This document shows positions 16,503 through 26,374 of a stretch of DNA of 64,000 nucleotides, piece by piece. Both the position numbers and the translations under genes were made by a program. Origin of the DNA: Escherichia phage dune. Under the pieces are notes generated by a model that worked only from the letters and a program-made list of their open reading frames with translations, made no database searches and was not told the origin of the DNA. The stretch's first letter is position 1; each line of letters starts with the position of its first letter. The DNA is taken from sequence record MN850636.1; one strand, 5' to 3'.

Positions 16503-18284
16503 TTAAAGCTGCTTGTCAATATTATTTCGAATATCTCCAAGAGTTGTATAACCGAACTGCTCAGAGTCGCTAAAGACTAAACGTAAAGCACAAGCTTGGT
16601 GGTCAAGTACATCTGCAAAACTCTGGAATCCATAGCCATCTACAGCTTTCAGCTTATCACCATCCCACATAGGTGCTACACCACCAAAGGCAGATTTCTT
16701 AACACCACTATCTGTTTTAGGGTCTTTTGCAAGCATAATCTCTTTACCACCAATGCTTGCAAGAGTTGCTTTGACAGCAAATGCAAAGGTGTCACGAGTC
16801 ATGTACTGGTAAGTGTAAGAGCCTACACCAAACACTACGTTAGAGCTTGCAAAACCCATTTCATACAGACGCTTCAGGATTTCGTTTGCACGTTCCAGCG
16901 TGATAGAGTCACCATAGATAAGGTCGATGTGCTCATCCAGTACCTTAAACCCTTTAGAGTTAATAGTCCCTCCGAAGATGTTGTACAGTGTCTTAATAGC
17001 TCCATCAATCTCTGCTACAGGACGTGTTACAACGTTTGCAGAGCCAACCATATAAGCATTTTTCAACATCACTGTATCAGCAACTTCAAAGTCTTCTCTG
17101 TCAACAACCATTTCGTAGCCTTCTGACAGTAGCCATCCAGCAATACCATAGCTGACGTTTTCAAGCTTCATGTTCAGAACAGCATTCAGCATTGTGTCAC
17201 TGGCTTCCAGCTTACTAAGGTGCTCATAATAAGCCTTTTTAGCGCACTCTAAGTGGATTGCTTTATAACCTGTGACAATGTGTACAGGGTCTCCAGAGTC
17301 AGGACGAATTACCAGTTTGCCATCACGTTCCATAATTTCTTTACGGAGTGCTGGTAAGATTTCTGACACAGTTCTCCAGAAGTTATAAGTATCTGAAACA
17401 ATACTTGCAATACCCGTTGGGTAAGTTTCTGTTAAGAAACGACGGAAGGTTTGTAACTCACCTTTAAAGCGTCTTTCTTCTTCAATCAACTCATTGCCAC
17501 CTTCCCAAGCAATGTTTGCACACATTACAGAGTGCTCAGTGGCTGGTACAGAGCTACCAATATCAGAGATTGGGTAGGACTGTCCATAGATTCGTTTAGC
17601 CGTATACACAGCAGGGAAGCTATCAGTTCCTTTAAAGCTGGTTAAGTGACCTACAGCGTTAAATGCGTCATCAGTAAAGCCGGACATACCACGCATAGCA
17701 AAGTCATGGCACTGATAAGGTAAATGTAAGTCGTTGTCGCAAGTAAGGTCAGCCCACTTCTTACAGATACGTTTGTAGTGCAATGCGATAGTTGCAATGG
17801 TGCAAGCCTTCCAAATCTCAGCAGAGAAAGCATCTTCCAGATAACCTGCTACCCAATGGAAACCTGAAACAGTGTTCTGGAAGACAATCATTGGGACACG
17901 CATCGGGACAACTGTGCCTTCTTCTACAGCGTATACTTCAACTGGCAGATAACCTAAGTCGTGAAGTGCTTCCCAATGCTCTCGACCGATAGCATCTTTA
18001 CCCAGAACACCATTCATGACTTCTAAGATTTCGTCAATTGCTTCTTTTTTATCACGTTCAAAGAAAGTGGCGTTCCAGTGGTCTATCAAGTAATCTTTAA
18101 CAAAACGTTGAATACCAAAAGCCACTACACCATCAATTGCTAAAGGGCTGTTAAACCATTTATCACTACGTGGTGTCAGGTTCAGCATAAGGTACTGTGT
18201 GGCATCTGGATACTGATATATATGTGATGCCTTGTAAGCATCTGCATTAAGACCTGCTGGTACTGCGTAAAGTGACTTACTCAT
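16503..18284 (-). CDS. Nicotinamide phosphoribosyltransferase-like enzyme (NAMPT / NadV / Namat-like)
   Basis: 593 aa; YKASHIYQYPDAT and VIRPDSGDP resemble conserved NAMPT blocks. Confidence 0.8.
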   Translation of the reverse strand: MSKSLYAVPAGLNADAYKASHIYQYPDATQYLMLNLTPRSDKWFNSPLAIDGVVAFGIQRFVKDYLIDHWNATFFERDKKEAIDEILEVMNGVLGKDAIGREHWEALHDLGYLPVEVYAVEEGTVVPMRVPMIVFQNTVSGFHWVAGYLEDAFSAEIWKACTIATIALHYKRICKKWADLTCDNDLHLPYQCHDFAMRGMSGFTDDAFNAVGHLTSFKGTDSFPAVYTAKRIYGQSYPISDIGSSVPATEHSVMCANIAWEGGNELIEEERRFKGELQTFRRFLTETYPTGIASIVSDTYNFWRTVSEILPALRKEIMERDGKLVIRPDSGDPVHIVTGYKAIHLECAKKAYYEHLSKLEASDTMLNAVLNMKLENVSYGIAGWLLSEGYEMVVDREDFEVADTVMLKNAYMVGSANVVTRPVAEIDGAIKTLYNIFGGTINSKGFKVLDEHIDLIYGDSITLERANEILKRLYEMGFASSNVVFGVGSYTYQYMTRDTFAFAVKATLASIGGKEIMLAKDPKTDSGVKKSAFGGVAPMWDGDKLKAVDGYGFQSFADVLDHQACALRLVFSDSEQFGYTTLGDIRNNIDKQL

Positions 18285-18298
18285 ATTTTATCTCTCTC

Positions 18299-18790
18299 TT
18301 AGTTATGTCTTGCAAACTCACCATGAAGTTCTATTCGCTTTTTAATTACAGCTTCTTTTGCTTCTTCTACCGTTTTAAATCTTCCACAAAAGTATTCTTT
18401 ATGGTAAAGCATGACTCTTGCTTTGTAAAGACCTGTTTGTTTACAAAAACTTACACCCTTCACACCAGTTTTATTATTCTTGTGTATGCCTCTATTCCTC
18501 TGATTTTGTGACTTTGTACTAAGTCTTAAGTTCTCCAACTTATTATTAGTTTTATCAAGGTCTATGTGGTCTATCTCATATCCACTTGGTATCTCACCTC
18601 CAGACATAATCCATGCAATATTATGTGCATAGTACCTCTTCTTATTTATCTGAACTTGGATATAACCCTTCTTAGACCTTGTGCCAGCAACATTGCCAGC
18701 AATAGCGGTATTGCAAAGGGTTACTTTCCAAATTAGTAAACCTGTCTCTGGTTCGTATCTTAGGTATTTTTCGAAGTAACCCTTATCCAT
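18299..18790 (-). CDS. HNH homing endonuclease with AP2-type DNA-binding region
   Basis: 163 aa; YEPETGLLIW, EIDHIDLDKTNN..N HNH motif, GVKGV..GLYKARV AP2-like block; paralogs at 31092 and 41195. Confidence 0.75.
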   Translation of the reverse strand: MDKGYFEKYLRYEPETGLLIWKVTLCNTAIAGNVAGTRSKKGYIQVQINKKRYYAHNIAWIMSGGEIPSGYEIDHIDLDKTNNKLENLRLSTKSQNQRNRGIHKNNKTGVKGVSFCKQTGLYKARVMLYHKEYFCGRFKTVEEAKEAVIKKRIELHGEFARHN

Positions 18791-18798
18791 TTTAATAC

Positions 18799-19701
18799 CT
18801 AATCCAAATTTGCTACAGTAACTTGACTGTAATGTGTTAAGCCACGGTCTTTAGCTTCGCCTAAAGAGTTTGTAGTGTAAATATGGTCGATACCATTGTC
18901 AAGAAGGTTTTCAACATCTTTAGAGAAGATACCATGTGTTACATAAAGTTCCACACGTTTTGCACCTGCTTCACGAAGATGTTTCGCTGCTTCTATGAAG
19001 GTTCGACCACCATCACAGATATCATCCAGAATCATGACGGTTTTATCTGTCAAATCAACATCATCAAGGATTCGCATACCAGTAATTTCACCAGTCTTAA
19101 GGTTACGCACTTTAGACATTGTGATGTATGGTTTATCCACCTCTTTAGCAGTCTCTGCAATCTTCTTAGCAGCACCTGCATCTGGGGCTACTAAGTAATC
19201 AATCAGTGGGTCATTTGCATAGTGGACTGCAATTTCCTTTTGAGGAATACTCTGGAAGCAATTGAAAAGGTTATCTGGAACGTAACTATGAGGGTCAACT
19301 GCACAGACTGCATCAAAACCCATTGCATTCACCTGTTGTGCAAACACTTTCAAAGCTGCTGCATCACCTTTAAACATGTGACGGTCATAACGTGCATTTG
19401 GCAAATAGTAAAAGATAGCAGTCTTCATAGCAAACTTATGCGGCACTAAGTCATCAATTGCTTCTTTAGCAAGTGCCACAGCAAACAATGTGTCCTTATC
19501 ATAACCTTTTACAATCATAATCACATTATTGATGGATGATGCTGCATAAGCAGTAAAATCAACAAACTCTGGTGAAAAGTGTCCACCAATCTCACCAGAA
19601 GGGAATTGGATGATGTTAAACTCTTCTTCATGAGTCCCTTTAGTTGGTGAATGAACTGTAACACGGATAGATGTTTTCATAGTTTTCTCTCTCTCAATCA
19701 A
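18799..19701 (-). CDS. Ribose-phosphate pyrophosphokinase-like protein (PRPP synthetase fold; Adps-like candidate)
   Basis: 300 aa; VMILDDICDGGRT matches type I PRTase / PRPP-binding loop; next to NAMPT-like gene. Confidence 0.6.
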   Translation of the reverse strand: MIEREKTMKTSIRVTVHSPTKGTHEEEFNIIQFPSGEIGGHFSPEFVDFTAYAASSINNVIMIVKGYDKDTLFAVALAKEAIDDLVPHKFAMKTAIFYYLPNARYDRHMFKGDAAALKVFAQQVNAMGFDAVCAVDPHSYVPDNLFNCFQSIPQKEIAVHYANDPLIDYLVAPDAGAAKKIAETAKEVDKPYITMSKVRNLKTGEITGMRILDDVDLTDKTVMILDDICDGGRTFIEAAKHLREAGAKRVELYVTHGIFSKDVENLLDNGIDHIYTTNSLGEAKDRGLTHYSQVTVANLD

Positions 19702-19972
19702 AAGTTACGTTTGTTACTGCCATTGCAGATTTGCATTTTGCAGGGTCTACAACGTGATAAAGTACACTACAGTTACCTGTGCTGTCTGGTACAGGTTTAA
19801 CCCATTGTTGCTTGACAGTTGGTTCTCCTAAATCTTTGTAAGAACCATCTGTAAAATTGTTTATCATCTCAAGTGCAATTGGTTCTGGAACATGACCACG
19901 TATCATGTACATTTCACAACCATTACCACCCTCACTGACCAGTGGTAAAATCTCCCACTTCTCTTTAGCCAT
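19694..19972 (-). CDS. Hypothetical protein
   Basis: 92 aa ORF. Confidence 0.4.
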   Translation of the reverse strand: MAKEKWEILPLVSEGGNGCEMYMIRGHVPEPIALEMINNFTDGSYKDLGEPTVKQQWVKPVPDSTGNCSVLYHVVDPAKCKSAMAVTNVTFD

Positions 19973-20480
19973 TGTAAGTTGCCCTATAAACTGTCTCGAA
20001 CTTCAACAGGAGAGATATTGCCAAATCTGTATAGTTGTTGTCAAGCACATCTGGCATATTATTTTTGATATATTTCTCTTGCTCTTCATAGGTCATCTTA
20101 GGAGTTCTTAGAAGGTTATCTCCTTGCTTCTGGTTATCAAGTTTAGTCTGGATAAACCAGTTTGCACAGTGATGCTCACCACCCTTTGTAACAGGTTTGT
20201 GGTGGCCTAATGTGAAGGATTGACTACCTGTGTATCTGCAAAGTTTATTGAGTACTGTAATGGTGTTCTTCACAACAAAACATTCATACAGGTTGTCTAT
20301 GGTGTAGTGTGGGTAGTAGCGGAATAGTGCTCTTTCACGAGTGCTATCACGATTCCAGAGAATCATGTTATTAGAGTTTGAAGGGTCATATTGGTGGGAG
20401 TCAATGAACTCTTGACGTTCCTCAAAGCTGAGTCTTAACACTGACATTGCAGCAGAACGTTTCAGGTTTGACAGGTACAT
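19965..20480 (-). CDS. Hypothetical protein
   Basis: 171 aa ORF. Confidence 0.4.
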   Translation of the reverse strand: MYLSNLKRSAAMSVLRLSFEERQEFIDSHQYDPSNSNNMILWNRDSTRERALFRYYPHYTIDNLYECFVVKNTITVLNKLCRYTGSQSFTLGHHKPVTKGGEHHCANWFIQTKLDNQKQGDNLLRTPKMTYEEQEKYIKNNMPDVLDNNYTDLAISLLLKFETVYRATYNG

Positions 20481-20497
20481 ATTATCTCCAAAATAAA

Positions 20498-20523
20498 AAG
20501 GGAACCTTTACAGTTCCCTTATA
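20498..20523 (-). terminator. Rho-independent terminator
   Basis: AGGGAAC-loop-GTTCCCT followed by TTTTT on minus strand. Confidence 0.5.
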
Positions 20524-20531
20524 GTATTTGT

Positions 20532-20852
20532 TTACTGAGCTACTTTCAAGATGCTTGTGAATGAAATCTCACTCTCATCCATAAACTCTTTTGCTTCTCC
20601 AGTAACTTTCACAAAGTTATCTAGGCAGATAATCTTCTTATCTTTCTTGCTGTAAGTTAGCTTAACCTTTTCAATATCTTTCTTAGAGCTTTTCTCTTCA
20701 TTAAAGAGTTTTACAGCTTCTTTGAATGGGAGGTATGAGCCATCATCATCACTAATAAAACCTGTACCACAATAGTAGAAGTTGTATTCTTTAGCCATAA
20801 ACTGGCACAGTACGAAAATCTGTAATTTGCGAGTGTTATAAACTTTGCTCAT
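20532..20852 (-). CDS. Hypothetical protein
   Basis: 106 aa ORF. Confidence 0.4.
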   Translation of the reverse strand: MSKVYNTRKLQIFVLCQFMAKEYNFYYCGTGFISDDDGSYLPFKEAVKLFNEEKSSKKDIEKVKLTYSKKDKKIICLDNFVKVTGEAKEFMDESEISFTSILKVAQ

Positions 20853-20854
20853 GA

Positions 20855-21133
20855 TTATTTAGCCTTCTTGTTACGTTTACGGTTACGAGCTTTCTTAGCT
20901 GCTCGTTTAATAGCTGCTGCACCAGTTGGTCGATGTGCTTGTTTTTTACCACCTTTACCACGTCCAACGTGGATGTAAGGCTGCTGTTCAATTTGGCTTG
21001 CAAGAACCTGTGCAATTGCTGAAGCATCCACACCAACCTGCTTTCCAGTCATAGAAATGATTGCTGCTGCTTTTGCCAGTGCCTTCAAGAAGCCAGCTTT
21101 CATACTACCTAAAATTCCCATTTTTAGTCTCAC
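20855..21133 (-). CDS. Small protein with extremely basic C-terminal tail
   Basis: C-terminus KRAAKKARNRKRNKKAK. Confidence 0.4.
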   Translation of the reverse strand: MRLKMGILGSMKAGFLKALAKAAAIISMTGKQVGVDASAIAQVLASQIEQQPYIHVGRGKGGKKQAHRPTGAAAIKRAAKKARNRKRNKKAK

Positions 21134-21136
21134 TCA

Positions 21137-21493
21137 TTAAAGTTTGATACAGAACTTATGAAGCTCTTCTTCAGTGATACCGATTGGAGTTATACCTTCT
21201 CTGATGTTTTGAATCCTGTAGAAGTCTCCAAACTTATCAGATTCATGAATGTCAAAGGTAACGTTCTTCACCATCGTTGCAAGAGCACATAATGAACGTG
21301 CACCAAATTTTTCTCTCGTATAAATCATCCAGGCATCTAACTTGTTTATGTCATAAGTCCACTTGCCAGAATAATCACTCTGCTCGCCATTGACAATCGC
21401 CTTGCCACCCATACTCTTTTCTCCAGAGGTTTTGGTTATCAGAACCACGATATGGTTTAACTGTTGGTTTAGATGAATCATACTTACCATCAA
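21137..21493 (-). CDS. Hypothetical protein; start uncertain because the 5' part overlaps nrdG
   Basis: 118 aa track ORF; an internal Met start would remove the overlap. Confidence 0.3.
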   Translation of the reverse strand: MMVSMIHLNQQLNHIVVLITKTSGEKSMGGKAIVNGEQSDYSGKWTYDINKLDAWMIYTREKFGARSLCALATMVKNVTFDIHESDKFGDFYRIQNIREGITPIGITEEELHKFCIKL

Positions 21494-21860
21494 TCACCAC
21501 GTCAACATATTTCATTACATCTAGGTGAATTTTTTCGTGTAACTGAAAACCTGTCCAGAGCCATATAGTCTTCTCTGGGTAAACAGTTTTAACACGTTTG
21601 CATATGTCTGTAACCTCTTGAATATTTCTATCATCCAGAGGTTCTCCACCAAGTATTGACAAACCACTGACAGCATTATCACCCATTAGCTGGATGATTC
21701 CGTAGAGGTTTGCATAAGTAAATACCTTACCAGCATTAAACTTCCAAGACTCCCTGTTAAAGCAGCCTTCACAGTGATGCTTACAACCAGCTACGAAGAG
21801 GCTTACACGAACCCCTTCACCATTAGCTGTGTCAAATGGTCTAATCTCCATGTAATTCAT
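21375..21860 (-). CDS. nrdG: Anaerobic ribonucleotide reductase activating protein (radical SAM)
   Basis: 161 aa; cysteine cluster CKHHCEGC; adjacent to nrdD. Confidence 0.75.
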   Translation of the reverse strand: MNYMEIRPFDTANGEGVRVSLFVAGCKHHCEGCFNRESWKFNAGKVFTYANLYGIIQLMGDNAVSGLSILGGEPLDDRNIQEVTDICKRVKTVYPEKTIWLWTGFQLHEKIHLDVMKYVDVVIDGKYDSSKPTVKPYRGSDNQNLWRKEYGWQGDCQWRAE

Positions 21861-21919
21861 CTAGTTACCTCACCAATACATATAAAAGTTCTGTAAACCT
21901 TTTCTTCGAATTGTTTTGC

Positions 21920-22315
21920 TCATCCAAACACTACCTGACAGGGAACCTGTTTAGTAATAAATTCTTCACAGTGCTCTTTAATGAAGTTTTGTAATGGCAC
22001 ACAATCTTGTGCACAAGTCATTAGCATAATGTACTCTGGATTCATAATATTTTCAAGACTGTAGAAGACAACATCATTAGATAGCTCATGACCGTCTTCT
22101 TCAGACCAAGTTCCAGTGACTACAGCTAATTTGTCAAGTAATTCATTAGGCAATGCTACACCATCTTCTACAGAATCACTTAGAACATTGTCGCCAATAT
22201 ACAATGTGAAGGTCGTATGGAATGTTGAGTACCTTACGTGATTCTTTTCACAAGAGCCACACTCTGAGGCATAATCTTTAATCCACTCTAACTGTTTTTG
22301 GTTCAACTTAATCAT
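21920..22315 (-). CDS. Hypothetical Cys-rich protein
   Basis: 131 aa ORF. Confidence 0.4.
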   Translation of the reverse strand: MIKLNQKQLEWIKDYASECGSCEKNHVRYSTFHTTFTLYIGDNVLSDSVEDGVALPNELLDKLAVVTGTWSEEDGHELSNDVVFYSLENIMNPEYIMLMTCAQDCVPLQNFIKEHCEEFITKQVPCQVVFG

Positions 22316-22512
22316 AATTTTACCTTAGTTGGTAATGCACTGAATGCTATAGCTAACCCTAAAAATGGTTTGAAGCATGACCATAAATCCATCTGACCAT
22401 TATATGATAAATTCCATTGTGGGTCTGAAAAACCCCATACCATAGCACTAACCCCAAAGAAGAAGATTAGCGTTCGGAGCATGTATATCATTGTTTTTGA
22501 TATCTTAAACAT
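22312..22512 (-). CDS. Small membrane protein
   Basis: 66 aa hydrophobic ORF. Confidence 0.35.
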   Translation of the reverse strand: MFKISKTMIYMLRTLIFFFGVSAMVWGFSDPQWNLSYNGQMDLWSCFKPFLGLAIAFSALPTKVKL

Positions 22513-22666
22513 TTTAACTTACCTCTCAACTCACAATAAGAGAGTCCTAAAAAGAACCCTAGTAAGACAGAACCTATGAACAGGCCAATGATGCTCTCTG
22601 CCATATCTAACATCCAATAAAAAAGGTGATGTAAGCCTATCAAGACTCACACCACCTTGTCAAGTT

Positions 22667-24811
22667 TTACATAGAAACCCTGTCACGAATCTCGGCAATT
22701 TTTGCATCATTCATTCGGGATTCACCTTTAATCTTAGTCCACCCAAGATACCCACACACTCTGTTAATCACAGAGATGTCATGTGAATGGCAAGCCTCAC
22801 ATTCTTCAACATCAGCCTTTGGTCTGTTGCCACAATGTTCGCAGATTGCTAAGTCAAAGTTAAGTCCTTGATAAAAACCCTTCAACATCCCTCTTGTAAT
22901 ACAACTTTTAAGTGCTGGTAAGTTTTCTGGGTTAGCCACCCTTACATACTGGATTCTGCCACCTCTACAGATATGGAAGAATGGTTCTTCTAAGTCCTGC
23001 TTCTCAAATGGTGAGATGTCTGCTGCAACATTCATATGGAAGCTATTTGTAAAGTATTCCTTATCAGAAACACCTTTGATAACGCCAAACATATCTCTGA
23101 ACTGTTTTAGCTGAGTTCCACAAAGTGATTCTGCTGGAGTGCCATAGACTGCATATAAGAAGCCATCTTCATTTTTAAACTCTTCAGTTTTCATGTTAAT
23201 GTATGCCAGAACATCGTATGCAAAACTACAGCTTCCAAGTTCATGAAGTCGTTTACCTTCAGCAAGAACAGATAGCTCATCAAGTGCAGTAACCCCAAAA
23301 GAAGCTGTGAAGGACTTCACGATATCCCAGCCAACCTTATCAGTAGGTTTCTTATTCCCTTTGTACAGACCGCCTTGTGTGAATGCGAGAGGGTTAGAAC
23401 TTGCTGGCATATTAGCAATCATTTCGTAGCGTTTCTTGTGGAAACTACGAATCATCTCTAGGTACTTATCAAGCTCTTTCCAGAAATCTAAACCATTCTC
23501 TTTAGAATACTGGTAAAGCATTGGTAAGTTCAAAGACACAGCACCAATGTTAGCACGACCTACATAGAACTCTTCCCCATTCTCGTTAAGATATGGTGAT
23601 AAGAAGGCTCTACAACCCATCGGGGAAATTACCTTACCAGAACGCTCAAAAGCCTCTGCTACAGCACCATGACCAGATACACTTAAGAAATCTGGATACA
23701 TTGCTTTAGAGCAACACTCAATAGCTTTACTGTACAGGTGTCCTTGACAGATATTCTCATCGTGTCTCTTCTGGTCATAAATATAAACCAGTTTAGGGAA
23801 TACAACAGGTTTCTTGCTCTTACCTTGTCCATTCATACGAACATCTAGGAGAGTACTTGCAATCATGTATTGTAGTCGGTTATCTTCATTGGACATATCT
23901 GAGTCAAGTAACCCGAATGTCAAAGTTGTAAATGCAAAATCCCCACGACTACAAGGTACAGTGTTTAGTTTCATTTCAAGTGACTGGAAACCTTGAGTCA
24001 GTTCAATCTGTAGCTGCTCCATGACATAATTGTGGTAATGTTCTTTAGGAATACCATAAGACGCTGCTTTCTCAGCATGATAGCGTAGAGACTTCTTAGC
24101 ATACGGCACAAGTACCTTATCAATCTCTGCTAAAGTAAAGCCACCAAATTGCTGTGCAGTTGCTGAAAGAACTACATCACCAATAACCTGTAAGGCCGAC
24201 AGCACAGACTTGGGTTCACAATATTCAATGCCAGACATTTCAAAGCCGCCTTTCAGGACTTTACCAATGTCAAACAGGCAACAGTTGATACCACCAAAAA
24301 TTAGGTCTCTTAAATCATGGATATAGGTAAACCCTTTTTCAATGGCTTCCAGTTCCTCTGGTGTTAAATGATACTGTTTAAAGATTTCTTTAGTCAGATA
24401 ACCACGGATAATCGAACCTTTTGTAGAAATTAAACTGCTGTCAAAGTTAGCATTCTCTCTGTCACCTAAGAAAAGTGTATCTTTAGTTTTCTGGTAGAGT
24501 TCATCCCAATTTTGAGCAACCTCTTTACGGTAATTTCTATATGTTGAGTAAGACTCATAAATCTCGTGATTGACTTCTGCCAAAGCACCCTCAACAATAC
24601 TGTGAATATCATTTACTGAAATGAGTAAATTATTCTGCTTAGTGGACTTTACCAGAATCCTCATAAATGCTGACTCAAGAGCTTGGGTAACATCTGGTGG
24701 GAGTTCTTTATACCCAACCCTATTAGCTGACTTTGTGACTGCTGCTAAAACTTTTTTGATATCAGGTTCTTCGAGTGAGCCATTCTTTTTAATAATCTGT
24801 ACTTTGTTCAT
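22667..24811 (-). CDS. nrdD: Anaerobic ribonucleoside-triphosphate reductase (class III)
   Basis: 714 aa; C-terminal glycyl-radical motif RVCGYLG; Cys cluster CEHCG..CEAC; RBS upstream. Confidence 0.9.
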   Translation of the reverse strand: MNKVQIIKKNGSLEEPDIKKVLAAVTKSANRVGYKELPPDVTQALESAFMRILVKSTKQNNLLISVNDIHSIVEGALAEVNHEIYESYSTYRNYRKEVAQNWDELYQKTKDTLFLGDRENANFDSSLISTKGSIIRGYLTKEIFKQYHLTPEELEAIEKGFTYIHDLRDLIFGGINCCLFDIGKVLKGGFEMSGIEYCEPKSVLSALQVIGDVVLSATAQQFGGFTLAEIDKVLVPYAKKSLRYHAEKAASYGIPKEHYHNYVMEQLQIELTQGFQSLEMKLNTVPCSRGDFAFTTLTFGLLDSDMSNEDNRLQYMIASTLLDVRMNGQGKSKKPVVFPKLVYIYDQKRHDENICQGHLYSKAIECCSKAMYPDFLSVSGHGAVAEAFERSGKVISPMGCRAFLSPYLNENGEEFYVGRANIGAVSLNLPMLYQYSKENGLDFWKELDKYLEMIRSFHKKRYEMIANMPASSNPLAFTQGGLYKGNKKPTDKVGWDIVKSFTASFGVTALDELSVLAEGKRLHELGSCSFAYDVLAYINMKTEEFKNEDGFLYAVYGTPAESLCGTQLKQFRDMFGVIKGVSDKEYFTNSFHMNVAADISPFEKQDLEEPFFHICRGGRIQYVRVANPENLPALKSCITRGMLKGFYQGLNFDLAICEHCGNRPKADVEECEACHSHDISVINRVCGYLGWTKIKGESRMNDAKIAEIRDRVSM

Positions 24812-24829
24812 TATTGCCCCTTTACATGC

Positions 24830-24855
24830 TAAAAAGGTCTCCGAAGAGACCCTTT
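24830..24855 (-). terminator. Hairpin GGTCTC-CGAA-GAGACC with flanking T-run, upstream of nrdD
   Basis: Read from sequence; may act as attenuator or terminator. Confidence 0.4.
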
Positions 24856-24859
24856 CATT

Positions 24860-25066
24860 TTAAATCTTTTTAGAAAACTTCGAAAAGAGTTCTCTTAGTT
24901 TTTCAGTTATACCTAACTGTATCTCTAATATTTCAAAGATAACCCATAGTAACATAGCTCCAAACAATGAACCTTGTTCAAAGTCAGTAAATAGGTTAAC
25001 AATAAGCATACCAATCACAATAGCTGGTGCATCAACAACCAAACCTTCCCAAAGGCGTTTAAGCAT
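24860..25066 (-). CDS. Small membrane protein
   Basis: 68 aa hydrophobic ORF. Confidence 0.35.
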   Translation of the reverse strand: MLKRLWEGLVVDAPAIVIGMLIVNLFTDFEQGSLFGAMLLWVIFEILEIQLGITEKLRELFSKFSKKI

Positions 25067-25301
25067 TGTTCACCTCTGCCATAAAATTCTGTAGCGTCCC
25101 AACAGGCTTTAGGTTTTGTCCATCAGTTTTCATGATGAATGGCATCTGACGAACTGGCATCTGTGCAATATCCATCAGGTCTGATAGCTCATAGTCCTGC
25201 CCTAACATTCTCACAACATGGTCAATACCACGAGCTTTTGCAAAATTCTTTGCAGTCTCACACTGAGGGCATCCAGTTTTGGAGTAAATTACATAAGTCA
25301 T
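25059..25301 (-). CDS. Glutaredoxin / NrdH-like redoxin
   Basis: 80 aa; CPQC active site; sits between RNR genes. Confidence 0.65.
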   Translation of the reverse strand: MTYVIYSKTGCPQCETAKNFAKARGIDHVVRMLGQDYELSDLMDIAQMPVRQMPFIMKTDGQNLKPVGTLQNFMAEVNNA

Positions 25302-26374
25302 TAAGGAACCTCTAAAAATCCACTATTCAAATCATCTACAACAGTATTCAACAGGTACGCACCGTTCTGTTGCTCCTGATTAGCATTCTGCTCTTTATCA
25401 ATTTCCATCTTCTTAATCATATACTTTAAAGGTGGTTCTTTAGGAGCTACAAAATCTCTTGGAATGCCAAACATATCATACAGTGGGGCAGCATTATAGT
25501 AAACCCACTCATGAAGAAGCTTTGTATTTAGGCCAACTACAGCACGTCCTTCGGAGAAGATATAATACGACCATTTCTCTTCACTTTCAACTACTTCATC
25601 TAAGATTACTTTAATCTCTGGAAGAATTTGTTGAAAAGCTTTCTGCCACTCATCATCTCTTAAAGTTTCTTTTAAAACTTCAATATCAATTTTAGTGTGA
25701 AGGATTTCATCAAGCATAATCTTCTGGACAGCTTGAGCAATACCCTGAAATTTATCTTGAGCATCAAGTGCAAAAGTACATGCAAAGGATGCCATAAAAG
25801 ATATACCTTCCAGTGCAGTCACTGCAAATAGACCTTTCAGAATCACTTTATGGAAGTGTAAAGGGTCTTTGTCCAGAAGTGAATCACGAACATAATTCAG
25901 ACGATAGTTTATACCTTCATCCAGTAATTCTTCAAGAACACGATTCACAGTTTTTAATCGGTCTTGCACAGCAACATTCTGGTTAATCTCATCTAAGATT
26001 GTTTCAGGATTTTTAATACATTGCCTTACAATCTCTGAGTAAGTAAGAGCATGTAGGTTTTCAATCTCAGACTGCTTCATAATTGCAGTTGCATAAATAT
26101 CATCAGAGATGAATGGTGCAAAGGCAAATGCTAAACTCTTAGCAACTTGGGTATCTGCTTCCCATTGCCACTTAAGAATCTCAAGCATTACACCTGACAT
26201 TGATGCTGGTACACTCTCAAAATCAAGACGTGATTGTTCAAAAGGGAACTCATCTTCTGACCAGTCTTGTGCTTTTTGTTGTTTATATAGCTCAAAGATT
26301 TTTGGGTAGTGCTTATTAAGTGAGTCAAATGTTTTTCTCTCACCACCTAAAAAGATTGGGTGTTGGTTAATCAT
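25301..26374 (-). CDS. nrdB: Ribonucleotide reductase class Ia small subunit (start moved to ATG at 26374)
   Basis: AAGGAGA RBS before MINQHPIFLGG; ferritin-like helices with conserved E/H/Y positions. Confidence 0.85.
   Translation of the reverse strand: MINQHPIFLGGERKTFDSLNKHYPKIFELYKQQKAQDWSEDEFPFEQSRLDFESVPASMSGVMLEILKWQWEADTQVAKSLAFAFAPFISDDIYATAIMKQSEIENLHALTYSEIVRQCIKNPETILDEINQNVAVQDRLKTVNRVLEELLDEGINYRLNYVRDSLLDKDPLHFHKVILKGLFAVTALEGISFMASFACTFALDAQDKFQGIAQAVQKIMLDEILHTKIDIEVLKETLRDDEWQKAFQQILPEIKVILDEVVESEEKWSYYIFSEGRAVVGLNTKLLHEWVYYNAAPLYDMFGIPRDFVAPKEPPLKYMIKKMEIDKEQNANQEQQNGAYLLNTVVDDLNSGFLEVP

Noticed and set aside
16596-17126. 176 aa plus-strand ORF inside the NAMPT-like gene
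   Set aside because: Lies entirely antisense to a well-supported gene, has no RBS context and a Cys/low-complexity composition; shadow ORF.
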